In this document: positions 10,948 through 20,800 of the stretch, piece by piece
Numbering within the stretch: the first letter of the stretch is position 1
Layout of the letters: each line of letters begins with the position of its first letter
DNA from: Laspinema olomoucense D3d
Lineage (GTDB): Bacteria; Cyanobacteriota; Cyanobacteriia; Cyanobacteriales; Laspinemataceae
DNA: 64,000 bases
Reading direction: 5' to 3' (one strand)
Assembly: GCF_025370715.1 (NCBI RefSeq)
Contig: NZ_JAMXEY010000002.1
The notes under the pieces: generated by a model
What the model was told of the DNA's origin: nothing
Databases searched by the model: none
Seen by the model: the letters and a program-made list of their open reading frames with translations, nothing else
Made by a program: the position numbers and the translations under genes

Positions 10948-13293
10948 TTAAAGTTCAATAATTTTTCTAATTAAGCGTAATAAATCGCGGGTTTTATAGG
11001 GTTTGGATAAATAGCTTGGGGAACTATTTTCTCCCGATTCTGAGAAGGGAAGATTGCTGACGAGTCCGCTCACGGCTATAATTTTAACCGAGGGATTAAT
11101 TTTTTGGAGTGCTTTTAAAGTGAGCGCTCCATCCATTAATGGCATCATCATATCCAGAATTACCACAGCAATTTCTGAGGACCGTTGACTGTAGAGAGAA
11201 ATGGCCTCCATACCATCAGCGGCAGTTAAAACTTTATAGCCAAATTTTTGCAGGAGAGCTTGGGCAATTTCGCAGATGGCGACTTCATCATCTACGACTA
11301 AAATTAACTCACCTGCTCCAAAAGGGAGTTCGGTGGGTTCTGAAATGAGAGCTTGAGTTCCCTGAATTGCAGGCAAATACACGGTAAAGGCGGTGCCTTT
11401 ACCCACTTGGCTAGAAACCAATAAAAACCCGCCATGATTTTTAACGATACCTCGAACTGTCGGCAATCCTAATCCTGTGCCTTTTCCTAATCCTTTTGTG
11501 GTAAAAAAAGGTTCAAATAATCGCTCTAAAATTTCGGGAGGGATGCCGGTTCCGGTATCTCTAACCGTGAGTTTAATATAAGAGCCAACTTTAGCCTCGG
11601 GGTCTAGGATTAAGTCGGATTTGGTGAGGATGATATTTTGCGCTTCAATGGATAAAATGCCGCCGTTTGGCATGGCATCGCGAGCATTGACGGACAAATT
11701 CATCAGGATTTGATGGAGATGAGTTGGGTCCCCAGAAATTAACCAGAGTTTGGGGTCGATCGCCGTGGAAATTTCAATGGATTTGGGAAAGGTTTCGCGG
11801 GCGATCGCCGTAATTTCATCAATTAGGTGTTTGAGTTGGAGCAGGGCGCGATCGCCATCTAACCCTTTAGCAAATGAAAGCACTTGTTTGAGGAGGTCCG
11901 CGCCGCGCAAGGTATTAATTTCCAGCATAGAAATTAAGCGCATTTGCTGGGCGTTTAACGGGAACATTTGGAGCAGTTGCACCGCCCCTAAAATGGGGGT
12001 AAGAATGTTGTTCAAATCATGGGCAATGCCACTAGCTAAGGTTCCGATACTTTCCAGGCGTTGTGCGCGCAAAAACTGGGCTTCAAGCTGTTTTTTCTCG
12101 GTAATATCCGTATTCACGGAGAGGATGGAATAGGGCCGATCGCGCTCGTCTCGGACCAGGGTCTGGCGACTGGCAACGGTGATGGATTTACCCCCTTTGG
12201 TGATTTGTTCTAACTCTCCATGCCATTCGCCCGTTGTGAGGACCGTTTGCTCGATGCGGTTGAGTTCTTTGGCGCTTTTAACATCAAAGAGATGACTGCT
12301 GGTTTGGGCGATCGCTTCCTGGCGGGTCCATCCGTATAATTTTTCTGCCCCTTTATTCCAAAATAGAATATTTTGCTCAAGGTCTTTGACCCAAATTGCA
12401 TCGGTGGCAACGTCCAGGAGAGCTGCCTGCTGGCGCACCTGTTCTTCGGCGCGTTTACGCTCAGTGATATCATATAACGCCCCAACAATTTCTTCACCCT
12501 GCTTCTCTCCCTTGCAAATCAGCTTCATTTCATCCCGCACCCATCGATAGCTGCCGTCGGGATACTGGAACCGATACTCACTCAGGGAATAACCCGTCTG
12601 GTACAACTGTTTGAGGCTGGAGAATAGCTCCGGTGTATCATCCGGATGAATGCGATCGCGCCAAAACGAAGAGTCCCCTAAAATTTCTTCCGGTCGATAT
12701 CCCAAATGTTCGAGAATATTCTCACTCACAAAGGTGGGACAATAGGGGTGATCAGGGGGGCAGGTATAAATCACCGCTGGACTAGAGGACAACAAGTATT
12801 GAAGCTGGGTTTGGGTAGCCATCAGCGCTGATTCAGTCCGTTTTAATTCTTTAATTTGATGTTGGAGTTCTGACTCCCGCAGGACCCGTTCTGTGACATC
12901 TTCAATGGTGGCGATCGTGCCAATCACCTGGGATGCTTCTACAATGGGAGCAATTTTCGCACTTTGTAGCATATAAGGCACTCCCTTATAAACATCCCCC
13001 GGGAGCATCGGTAACAAAAACCCATGTAAGCGCTGAGAGAGGAGGGCGACTTGTCCCGCTAGAGCTTGGTAAAAAAATCGATCTAATCGCCGGTGCTTTA
13101 ATTCCGGATAAATTTCGAGTAAATTTCTACCCACCACCCGATTCACATTCAACCCACTATAAAGTTCCAGCCAATGATTCCAACTTTGGATATTCAACTC
13201 TGCATCGGTCGTAAATATCCCTCGGTCTGCTAAGTCATTGACCCAATGAAGGAGATCCTGATCAGAAGTGGGAGGGTCGGTGAAACTGCTCAT
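10948..13293 (-). CDS. Hybrid sensor histidine kinase: PAS/PAC domains - HisKA - HATPase_c - C-terminal receiver
   Basis: 781 aa. PAS-like segments (DITERKRAEEQVRQQ linker). H-box region ESIGTLASGIAHDLNNIL. ATP-binding G-boxes (GTGLGLPTVRGIV). Receiver ILVVDDEVAI...ILDMMMP. Confidence 0.85.
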   Translation of the reverse strand: MSSFTDPPTSDQDLLHWVNDLADRGIFTTDAELNIQSWNHWLELYSGLNVNRVVGRNLLEIYPELKHRRLDRFFYQALAGQVALLSQRLHGFLLPMLPGDVYKGVPYMLQSAKIAPIVEASQVIGTIATIEDVTERVLRESELQHQIKELKRTESALMATQTQLQYLLSSSPAVIYTCPPDHPYCPTFVSENILEHLGYRPEEILGDSSFWRDRIHPDDTPELFSSLKQLYQTGYSLSEYRFQYPDGSYRWVRDEMKLICKGEKQGEEIVGALYDITERKRAEEQVRQQAALLDVATDAIWVKDLEQNILFWNKGAEKLYGWTRQEAIAQTSSHLFDVKSAKELNRIEQTVLTTGEWHGELEQITKGGKSITVASRQTLVRDERDRPYSILSVNTDITEKKQLEAQFLRAQRLESIGTLASGIAHDLNNILTPILGAVQLLQMFPLNAQQMRLISMLEINTLRGADLLKQVLSFAKGLDGDRALLQLKHLIDEITAIARETFPKSIEISTAIDPKLWLISGDPTHLHQILMNLSVNARDAMPNGGILSIEAQNIILTKSDLILDPEAKVGSYIKLTVRDTGTGIPPEILERLFEPFFTTKGLGKGTGLGLPTVRGIVKNHGGFLLVSSQVGKGTAFTVYLPAIQGTQALISEPTELPFGAGELILVVDDEVAICEIAQALLQKFGYKVLTAADGMEAISLYSQRSSEIAVVILDMMMPLMDGALTLKALQKINPSVKIIAVSGLVSNLPFSESGENSSPSYLSKPYKTRDLLRLIRKIIEL

Positions 13294-13330
13294 TTTACTA
13301 AGCCCTTGTTGACAGCTAACTATTACTCCA

Positions 13331-13975
13331 TTATGAAGAAAAAGAAACGTTATGGGGTTCTATTTCCGCCTTGGCCCAGGTATCAATTTCTTCAAGTAAT
13401 TTTTCTAAAGAAACCACACTCAATACCATCACTAAATACCCCTGAATTGAATTTTCCTTCATCCGAAACCCGGTATAAACCACCATTGCATAACGCATTT
13501 CCGCCTTACCAATGCTCAGAGAATGCAGTAACCCATCTAAGGCTTCTAAATGTAAACGAGGAACGGAAAAGGAGATTTGCATTTGTAACAAATTCCCGAA
13601 AACGCTCAGACAGGCGTTGAGTAAAATATTGCCAATTTCCGTCAGCACTTCTGCCGCCGAGGCATCGAGGCGATCGCGATGGAGAGCCTGTTCAGGAGTC
13701 ACTAACTCCGTCAGTTGCACCGCGCCGTCATAATTCAACAATAACAGGGCATTTCCCGAAACCCGTCCAGTAAAAATTTGCTGGACCGTGGCAATTTCCC
13801 CTTTAATAAACGTACCCAGTTTAGCGCTGAGTTCTTCAATGGGGTGAAGGGAAACCTGGGGAACCTCTAGTAAAACCCGATGACCTGTCAGTTCCGAGAG
13901 AGCCGCAGCCGTACGCGCGAAACCCATATTCAGCAGTTCGCTTAAGGCATCCTGTTGGGCTTCTGTCAGCTTCAT
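13331..13975 (-). CDS. CheC-like chemotaxis phosphatase family protein
   Basis: 214 aa. N-terminal DALSELLNMGFARTAAALSELTG matches the CheC/CheX ELxN(I/M)GxGxAAxALS motif. 4-nt overlap (ATGA) with the upstream CheY-like gene indicates one operon. Confidence 0.65.
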   Translation of the reverse strand: MKLTEAQQDALSELLNMGFARTAAALSELTGHRVLLEVPQVSLHPIEELSAKLGTFIKGEIATVQQIFTGRVSGNALLLLNYDGAVQLTELVTPEQALHRDRLDASAAEVLTEIGNILLNACLSVFGNLLQMQISFSVPRLHLEALDGLLHSLSIGKAEMRYAMVVYTGFRMKENSIQGYLVMVLSVVSLEKLLEEIDTWAKAEIEPHNVSFSS

Positions 13976-14382
13976 CCTACCCCTCCCGGGATTCCTTTGA
14001 GGACCTGATTTACAGTATCCAGAACCGCCTCGGGATTATAGGGTTTAGTCAGATAACCCATTGCTCCGGCTGCCATCACAGAAGTCCGGGTCAGTTCTTG
14101 CAGGTCAGCAGTCGCCATGACGATGCGGGCGCGATCGTCGAAGGCGCGTAATTTTTCGAGCACTTCGGTTCCCTGCATATCTGGCATGGCTATATCCAGT
14201 AAAACAAGATCGGGTTTCTCTATATAGTAACTCTCAATGCCCATCAATCCATCTTTGGCCTCAATAATCAAGTGGCCTTCAGTCTGGAGGATGCGTCGCA
14301 AGATTCCCCGGGAAAGGGTAGAGTCATCAACAATCAAAATTTTTGCCATTGCCTTGCGTCCTGGTATCGGATTGGCAGTCAA
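13972..14382 (-). CDS. CheY-like single-domain response regulator
   Basis: Receiver domain (ILIVDDS...DLVLLDIAMPDMQG...YLTKP). Alternative start MAKILIVDD at 14349. Confidence 0.85.
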   Translation of the reverse strand: MTANPIPGRKAMAKILIVDDSTLSRGILRRILQTEGHLIIEAKDGLMGIESYYIEKPDLVLLDIAMPDMQGTEVLEKLRAFDDRARIVMATADLQELTRTSVMAAGAMGYLTKPYNPEAVLDTVNQVLKGIPGGVG

Positions 14383-14508
14383 GCTCTAACCCTGGATTGA
14401 GGGAACTCACTTTAGAGTGGGTCCGCTTCATTTCCGCCCCAATTTGTTCATGCCCTGATCTTAACTCTGAATGGGAAGGGTGGATAGCGGTATCTTCAAA
14501 GTTCTCTT

Positions 14509-17500
14509 TCACAGGGTCGAGGCTAATTGAGCGAGGACTTTAGCTAATTGGGCCGGTTCTACAGGTTTAGAGAGGTGTTTTTGAAAGCCTGCTAGGAGGG
14601 ATTGGGCACGGTCCTCCTCCGAGGCAAATGCCGTCAGGGCGATCGCCGGAATATGACTGTTGCTGTCACCTTCATGCTGCCGGATTTGGTGAATTAAGTG
14701 ATATCCGTCTTCTCCAGGCATTCCAATATCGCTGACTAAAACATCAAATTTGAATTGGTCCATCAGGGCGATCGCCTGGGAAACCGAAGTCACAACCCGA
14801 ACCCGCACCCCATAATCTGTCAGCATCGCTTCCATTAAGTCTCCTGTATCCGGGTCGTCATCCACCACCAACACCTGTAACCCATCCAGGGCCCACAGTT
14901 CACTCGACACACTGTCTTCCCGGGAACAGGAAGTCTCATCGCCCTCGTCTTGTGGCGGTTTTGGCAGAATGGGTAACTGGACAATCAAGGTGGCTCCTTG
15001 GCCTTCGCCCTCACTCAAAGCCTCGACCTGGCCCCCGTGGAGTTCCACTAGATGACGGACGATGGTCAATCCCAAGCCTAATCCACCATAGGCGCGAGTT
15101 GTAGAACTATCCGCTTGGCGGAATCCGTCAAAAATATGGGGGAGAAAGTCTGGATTGATGCCAATTCCCGTATCCTGTACCTGGAGGGTAATAAAGGAAT
15201 CCGTCTGGGCGATCGCCACGGAAACTGAGCCTCCGCTAGGAGTAAACTTGACCGCATTAGACAATAAATTCCAAGCCACTTGCTGCAAGCGATCGCTATC
15301 TCCCGAAACCAAGGCGATCGCCGGGTCAAAGTTGAAATCAATATGAATTCCCTTAGCTTCAGCCGTGGGAAGCATCGTATCCAGGGCAGCTTCCACAAGA
15401 GGAATTAAATTAACGGGACGCAGTTGTAAGCGAATTTTACCGCGAATGATCCGGGAAACATCCAGGATATCCTCGATCAGATTAACCTGTTGTTTGGCAT
15501 TGCGCTCGATGGTTTCTAATGCTTTTATCTTCGTGGTTTCATTGAGCTGGCGAGTGCGAAGCAACTGGGTCCAGCCCAGAATCGAATTGAGGGGCGTGCG
15601 AAGTTCATGGGAAACAATCGATAAAAACTCATCCTTGATTTGATTGGCTTTAACTAATTCTTCCGACTGTTGCTGCTGGAGGATGAGCGCTGCTTCCAGT
15701 TCGCGCTTATGGAAAGCCAGTTCCGAGGCGAGGACTTCTACATCAGAGCTTTGAGAGGTTAACTCCTGCTGTAACAAATCCCGCACCCGTTTAATGGAGA
15801 TCGCATTCCCCACCCGCGCCCGCAGTTCTTCCACAGAAAAGGGTTTCATCAGATAATCTTGCACCCCTTCGCGCAATAACTGTACCCGCAAATCATCATC
15901 ATCTTTCGCCGTCAACATGATAATGGAAACATTGGCGAAATCGGGATTGCTGCGTAATAAAGACACCAGGCGATCGCCCCCTATTTCTGGCATCATCACA
16001 TCACTGATGATTAAATCCGGATTGAGGGTGAGTGCCTGTTCCAATCCTTGTTCCCCGTTAAACGCTGTAGCAATTTGATAGTCCCGTCCCAAGATATCGC
16101 AGACAAAGCGATTCATTTCCGGGTTGTCTTCGACAATTAAAACCAGGGGTCGAGGGTCATTCGGGACCAGAATCCGGGGAGATGTCTCCACTTCTAGCTT
16201 CAGTTCCGCGATCGCTGCTTCTGCCAGATCATCCCACAGGGAAGATTCTGAAGCCGTCTTGGGGATATCTGGCAAAACCTCCATCGGAAGCTGGACGGTA
16301 AACATCGCCCCGCCTAGGGGTGCATCCGCAACCGTAATAGTCCCCTGATGAAGTTCTACAAATTCCTTGACAATCGCCAACCCCAACCCAGTCCCGCCAA
16401 AGCGACGGGTGCTCCCTCCTTCAATTTGGCTAAACCGCTCAAAGATGGTTTCCCGCCGTTCCTGGGGGACCCCTGGACCACTATCTTGGATGGCGATCGT
16501 CACCGGCTTATTCTCCCCCTCGGCTAGAGAGAGAGAACAGTCAATTTTGCCACCCGGGGGGGTGAACTTAAACGCATTGGAGAGTAAGTTTAAAACCACC
16601 CGCTCGATTTTTTGGCGGTCCAATTGGGTCCCCAAGGACTCCGGAGTCTGGACGGTTAAGTTAATCTCCCGTTCAAAGGCTAATGCATCAAAGTTCGCCG
16701 CTACTTGGCGGATCAAACTGGCTAAGTCCAGAGGAACTGCTGCGAGTTCCATTTTGCCAGCTTCTAGCTTAGAGATATCCAGGAGATCATTAACCTGTTT
16801 GAGCAGCATTCGGGCATTGCGTTCGATTACGAGCAAGTCCCGGCGTTGTTCGTCCAAAAGTTGGCGATCGCCGATCAACTTCTGAGTCGGACCTAAAATC
16901 AACGCCAGGGGGGTCCGCAATTCGTGACTGACATTGGCGAAAAATTGGCTTTTGAGTTCATCCAGTTGCTTAAGTTGACGATACAGCGCTTGCAGTTCTT
17001 GGTTTGCCCGTTCCAGATTCAAGCGGCGTTCTTCAGACATCTGAGCCGAGTCCAATAATTTTAACGCTCTGGGGATTAACGGGGGTAAAGAAATTGCTGT
17101 GGTAACTGAGGCGAGGGCAGTGAGCAATTTGACATTTCCTGATAACCAGTAGGTGGGATTCCACAAGGTCCATACCGCTAGAAAATGGGTCATGCTACAA
17201 GCGATGATAAAGGCACCGAAGGCCAAAAACATCCAATGAAAGGGGATATTGCGCCGCGCTTTATAAACGAAATAAGCAAGGCTGGTGGATATAGCAACAT
17301 AGGATATCCCAATCAGGCTATCTGAGGTAATATGAAGCCAGACTAAGGAGGGCTTCCACAGATAACAATGGCCGTGGGGGATAAAACCCTCCTTGGCGAA
17401 GAGATTCCTCAGCAGGTCGGGCCATAGCAGGAGAGTTAAGAGGGCCAGGAAGCTTAATATTATACCCCTCCCTAATAAGATTTTTTGGGGCTGGCTACTG

Positions 17501-17580
17501 TGGGTTTGGGGGGATTTTGTTAATCCTTGTCCCTCAGCCTCTGGATGGAAAGTTGCCAGATTAAAATTAGATTGTTTCAT
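14509..17580 (-). CDS. Large hybrid sensor kinase: N-terminal multi-TM sensor - HisKA/HATPase - REC - second HisKA/HATPase - second REC
   Basis: 1023 aa. Two H-boxes (FANVSHELRTPLALILG and FLSIVSHELRTPLNSILG), two ATPase G-boxes (GGTGLGLAIVKEFVE, GGLGLGLTIVRHLVE), two receiver domains (LVLIVEDNPEM..., LQVLVVDDDPDTG...). About 190 aa hydrophobic N-terminus. Confidence 0.85.
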   Translation of the reverse strand: MKQSNFNLATFHPEAEGQGLTKSPQTHSSQPQKILLGRGIILSFLALLTLLLWPDLLRNLFAKEGFIPHGHCYLWKPSLVWLHITSDSLIGISYVAISTSLAYFVYKARRNIPFHWMFLAFGAFIIACSMTHFLAVWTLWNPTYWLSGNVKLLTALASVTTAISLPPLIPRALKLLDSAQMSEERRLNLERANQELQALYRQLKQLDELKSQFFANVSHELRTPLALILGPTQKLIGDRQLLDEQRRDLLVIERNARMLLKQVNDLLDISKLEAGKMELAAVPLDLASLIRQVAANFDALAFEREINLTVQTPESLGTQLDRQKIERVVLNLLSNAFKFTPPGGKIDCSLSLAEGENKPVTIAIQDSGPGVPQERRETIFERFSQIEGGSTRRFGGTGLGLAIVKEFVELHQGTITVADAPLGGAMFTVQLPMEVLPDIPKTASESSLWDDLAEAAIAELKLEVETSPRILVPNDPRPLVLIVEDNPEMNRFVCDILGRDYQIATAFNGEQGLEQALTLNPDLIISDVMMPEIGGDRLVSLLRSNPDFANVSIIMLTAKDDDDLRVQLLREGVQDYLMKPFSVEELRARVGNAISIKRVRDLLQQELTSQSSDVEVLASELAFHKRELEAALILQQQQSEELVKANQIKDEFLSIVSHELRTPLNSILGWTQLLRTRQLNETTKIKALETIERNAKQQVNLIEDILDVSRIIRGKIRLQLRPVNLIPLVEAALDTMLPTAEAKGIHIDFNFDPAIALVSGDSDRLQQVAWNLLSNAVKFTPSGGSVSVAIAQTDSFITLQVQDTGIGINPDFLPHIFDGFRQADSSTTRAYGGLGLGLTIVRHLVELHGGQVEALSEGEGQGATLIVQLPILPKPPQDEGDETSCSREDSVSSELWALDGLQVLVVDDDPDTGDLMEAMLTDYGVRVRVVTSVSQAIALMDQFKFDVLVSDIGMPGEDGYHLIHQIRQHEGDSNSHIPAIALTAFASEEDRAQSLLAGFQKHLSKPVEPAQLAKVLAQLASTL

Positions 17581-17838
17581 AAGGGGTTAATTCATTAACA
17601 TCAGGAATTTTTTTCCGAAGCGTGTTCGGAATTGAGAAGGGTTAAATTTATGGAGTCTGATCTCCCATAAATTATCTTCCACACTCAAACCGTAGGGATC
17701 GGTTTTAATTCTGAGTAAATTGGGAGAGGCTAATTTTAAGAAAATAGGGGTCCGGCAAACCGTGCTTCCCTCAGTTCAATTCTAGCCTTGAAACATTCAG
17801 AACTTCTCAGTATCAAGCGTAAATCGGAAATTCGGGGA

Positions 17839-20800
17839 TTAGATTAAGCCGGTTTGTTGGGCGATTTCGGCGAGGGCAGTTGCTAATTTCAAGGGTTCCA
17901 CAGGTTTAGCAACATGAAGATGAAATCCGGCTAAAAGGGCCTGTTGACGATCTTCTTCCCGAGCGAAAGCGGTCAAGGCGATCGCTGGAATGGGCTTAGA
18001 GTATCCTGCCTCGCGCTGGCGAATTTTGCGGATCAAACCATAGCCGTCTTCATCGGGCATTCCGATATCGGAAATCAAGATATCATGACGCGATCGCTCG
18101 GTGGCGGCTAGGGCTTCGGCAGCAGATAAAACCACCGTCGTCTGTACTCCATATTCCGCTAGGACTTGAGCAATTAGCTCTCCCGTATCGCGATCGTCAT
18201 CCACCACCAGCACCTGTAAACCGGCGAGGTTAAAGGAGTGGTTCCCCATTGTTTTTTTGTCCCAAGTCAGGGAATCGGGATCCAAAAGAAGGTTCTGGGA
18301 GACCCCGATAGGGAGGGCCACGGTAAAGGTTGAACCTGTGTCTTCTCCCTGGCTGAAGGCATGGACGGTTCCCCCATGCAGTTCGACCAAATAGCGCACA
18401 ATGGTTAAGCCCAGACCGAGACCCCCGTGGGTGCGGGTGGAGGAACTGTTGGCTTGGCGAAAGCCCTCAAAGACGTGAGGCAGGAAGTCCGGACTAATTC
18501 CCATCCCCGTATCCTGCACCCGAAACTCCATGTAATCGCCCACCCGCTCGATCGCCACCGTCACCCGTCCGCCATTGGGGGTGAATTTTACGGCATTGGA
18601 GAGCAGATTCCAGACCACTTGATGGAGGCGGCTACTATCCCCTAAAATGGGCTGTCCGTTTGAGTTGAACTGGGTGTGGATTTCAATGGATTTGGCTTCC
18701 GCTGCCGGAGTCAGGGTGGCGATCGCTTGTTCCACCAGAGTTTCCAAATACAACGGAACTCGGGTCAGGCGAATCTTCCCGCGCACAATCCGGGAGACAT
18801 CGAGGATATCATCAATCAGGTTCACCTGATGCTTAGCATTCCGTTCGATGGTTTCCAGGGCTTTTTGTTGCGTCTCTTCCTTCAGGGTGCGAGAACGGAG
18901 CAATTGCGCCCAGCCGAGAATGGAATTCAGGGGAGTTCGCAATTCATGAGAGACGATCGCCAAAAATTCATCCTTGAGTCGGTTGGCTTTTTCGGCGCGA
19001 TCGCGGGCTTGTTCCTGGGCCTCATAGAGGTTGGCCCGGTCAATGGCCAGGGCCACGCGATCGGCCACCAGTTGCAGCAAATAGACATCTTCTGCCATGA
19101 ATTCTCGCGGCGACTCGGTACTGATATGGATCACCCCGAGTACCCGGTCTTGTAAGAGCATCGGTGCGCCCATAATTGACTCTATTTTTTTGTGTCGGAA
19201 CAGGGGACTAATCACTTGAGTATGAGCATCGCGCTCAATCCGCATCGGTTGCCGAGTCTGGGCAATTTTTCCCGCGAACCCTAGGCCCATCGGGATCGGG
19301 ATACTGGTTGAGAGGGGTTCGTCTAAATCTAAGCCTTTTGTGGCGGTAACGATCAGGGCCGTTCCCTCTTCGTTGACCAATAAAATTACCGCCGCATCCA
19401 CTTGTAAGACAGCGGTGAGGCGATCGAGCAACTCTTCGAGCAGATCATGGAGAGACAAAGGGGCGATCGCCACATCCACAATCGCTTGTAACCGATGCAC
19501 CATAGTCGTCGCCCGTTCTGACAAAATTCGGGCCGCTTTCTCCCGTTCCAACAACTCCATGCGCTCTTGCTGTGCCTGCTTGCGTTCGTGAATGTCCGTA
19601 TTTGTCCCAAACCACTTGACAATCTCCCCCTGAGAATCTCGCATCGGCACCGCCAATCCCAGATGCCAGCGGTAAGCGCCATCGCAACCCCGACGCATCC
19701 GCGCTTCAATTTCATAAGGTTGTCCGTTTTCCAAGCAAACGGTCCACTTGTCGCGACATTCGGCCAAGTCGTCGGGATGCACGATAGGCTCCCATCCCCA
19801 GCCTAAAAGTTCCGTCGGGCTCAAGCCGGTGTACTCACTCCAGCGGTGACTCAGGTAATCTAGGGTCCCATCCGGGAGGGCGGTCCAGACCATTTGCGGA
19901 ATCGCTTCACTCAGGAATCGATAATACTGCTCGCTGGCTTCAGCTTGCGTTCGGGCGGCTTGTTCCAGTTGCAAGAGTTGAATCCGTTCCGCTTCCGCCT
20001 CTTTGAGGGGGGTAATATCGATCGCCGACCCGATGAACCCGAGTAAATTGCCCTCGGGACTTAACCGGGGAACCCCAGTTTCTAGCATCCACCGATAGGC
20101 TCCATCGGCTCGTTGTAGGCGGTATTCTTGGGTAAAGGGTTGGCTTGCCTTCACTGCTTGTTGGTAACTCAAGACGCACTGGACCTGCTCCTCGGGATGG
20201 ATCCGGTCCCGATGGTTGAGGCCAGGGTCTGCTTCTAGTAATGCCCCAATGAAGTTTAATCCCCACTTATTTAAAAAGGTCCATTGTCCCTGGCAATCGG
20301 CTACCCACAACAGCACCGGGGCCGTATCTGCCATATCCCTGAACCGTTTTTCACTATCGCGCAAGGCTTCCTCGGCCTGTTTCCGTTGGGTAATATCGTA
20401 GCGGATGGCCAAATATTGGAAGGGCTTTCCATGACTATCTAAAAACGGTACAATTACCGTATCCACCCAATAATACGTCCCATCTTTGGCCCTATTCTTA
20501 ATTTCTCCTCGCCACACTTCCCCCCGCGCAATGGTCCGCCAGAGATTGAAAAAAAATTCTTTAGAATGATAGTTTGAATTGACCAACCGATGGTTTTGTC
20601 CAATCAATTCTGTTTGGGAATATTTAGAAATTTCCAGAAATTTTTCGTTAACATATTGAATTGTTCCTTTAGCATCAGTGGTGACAACAATCGCTGATTT
20701 ATCTAACGCAAATTGGAAATCGGATAATTCTTTCAAGGTTTGTTGGAGGTCGGCTTCTGCCCGTTTGCGATCGCTGATGTCCCGCACTGATGCCATCCAT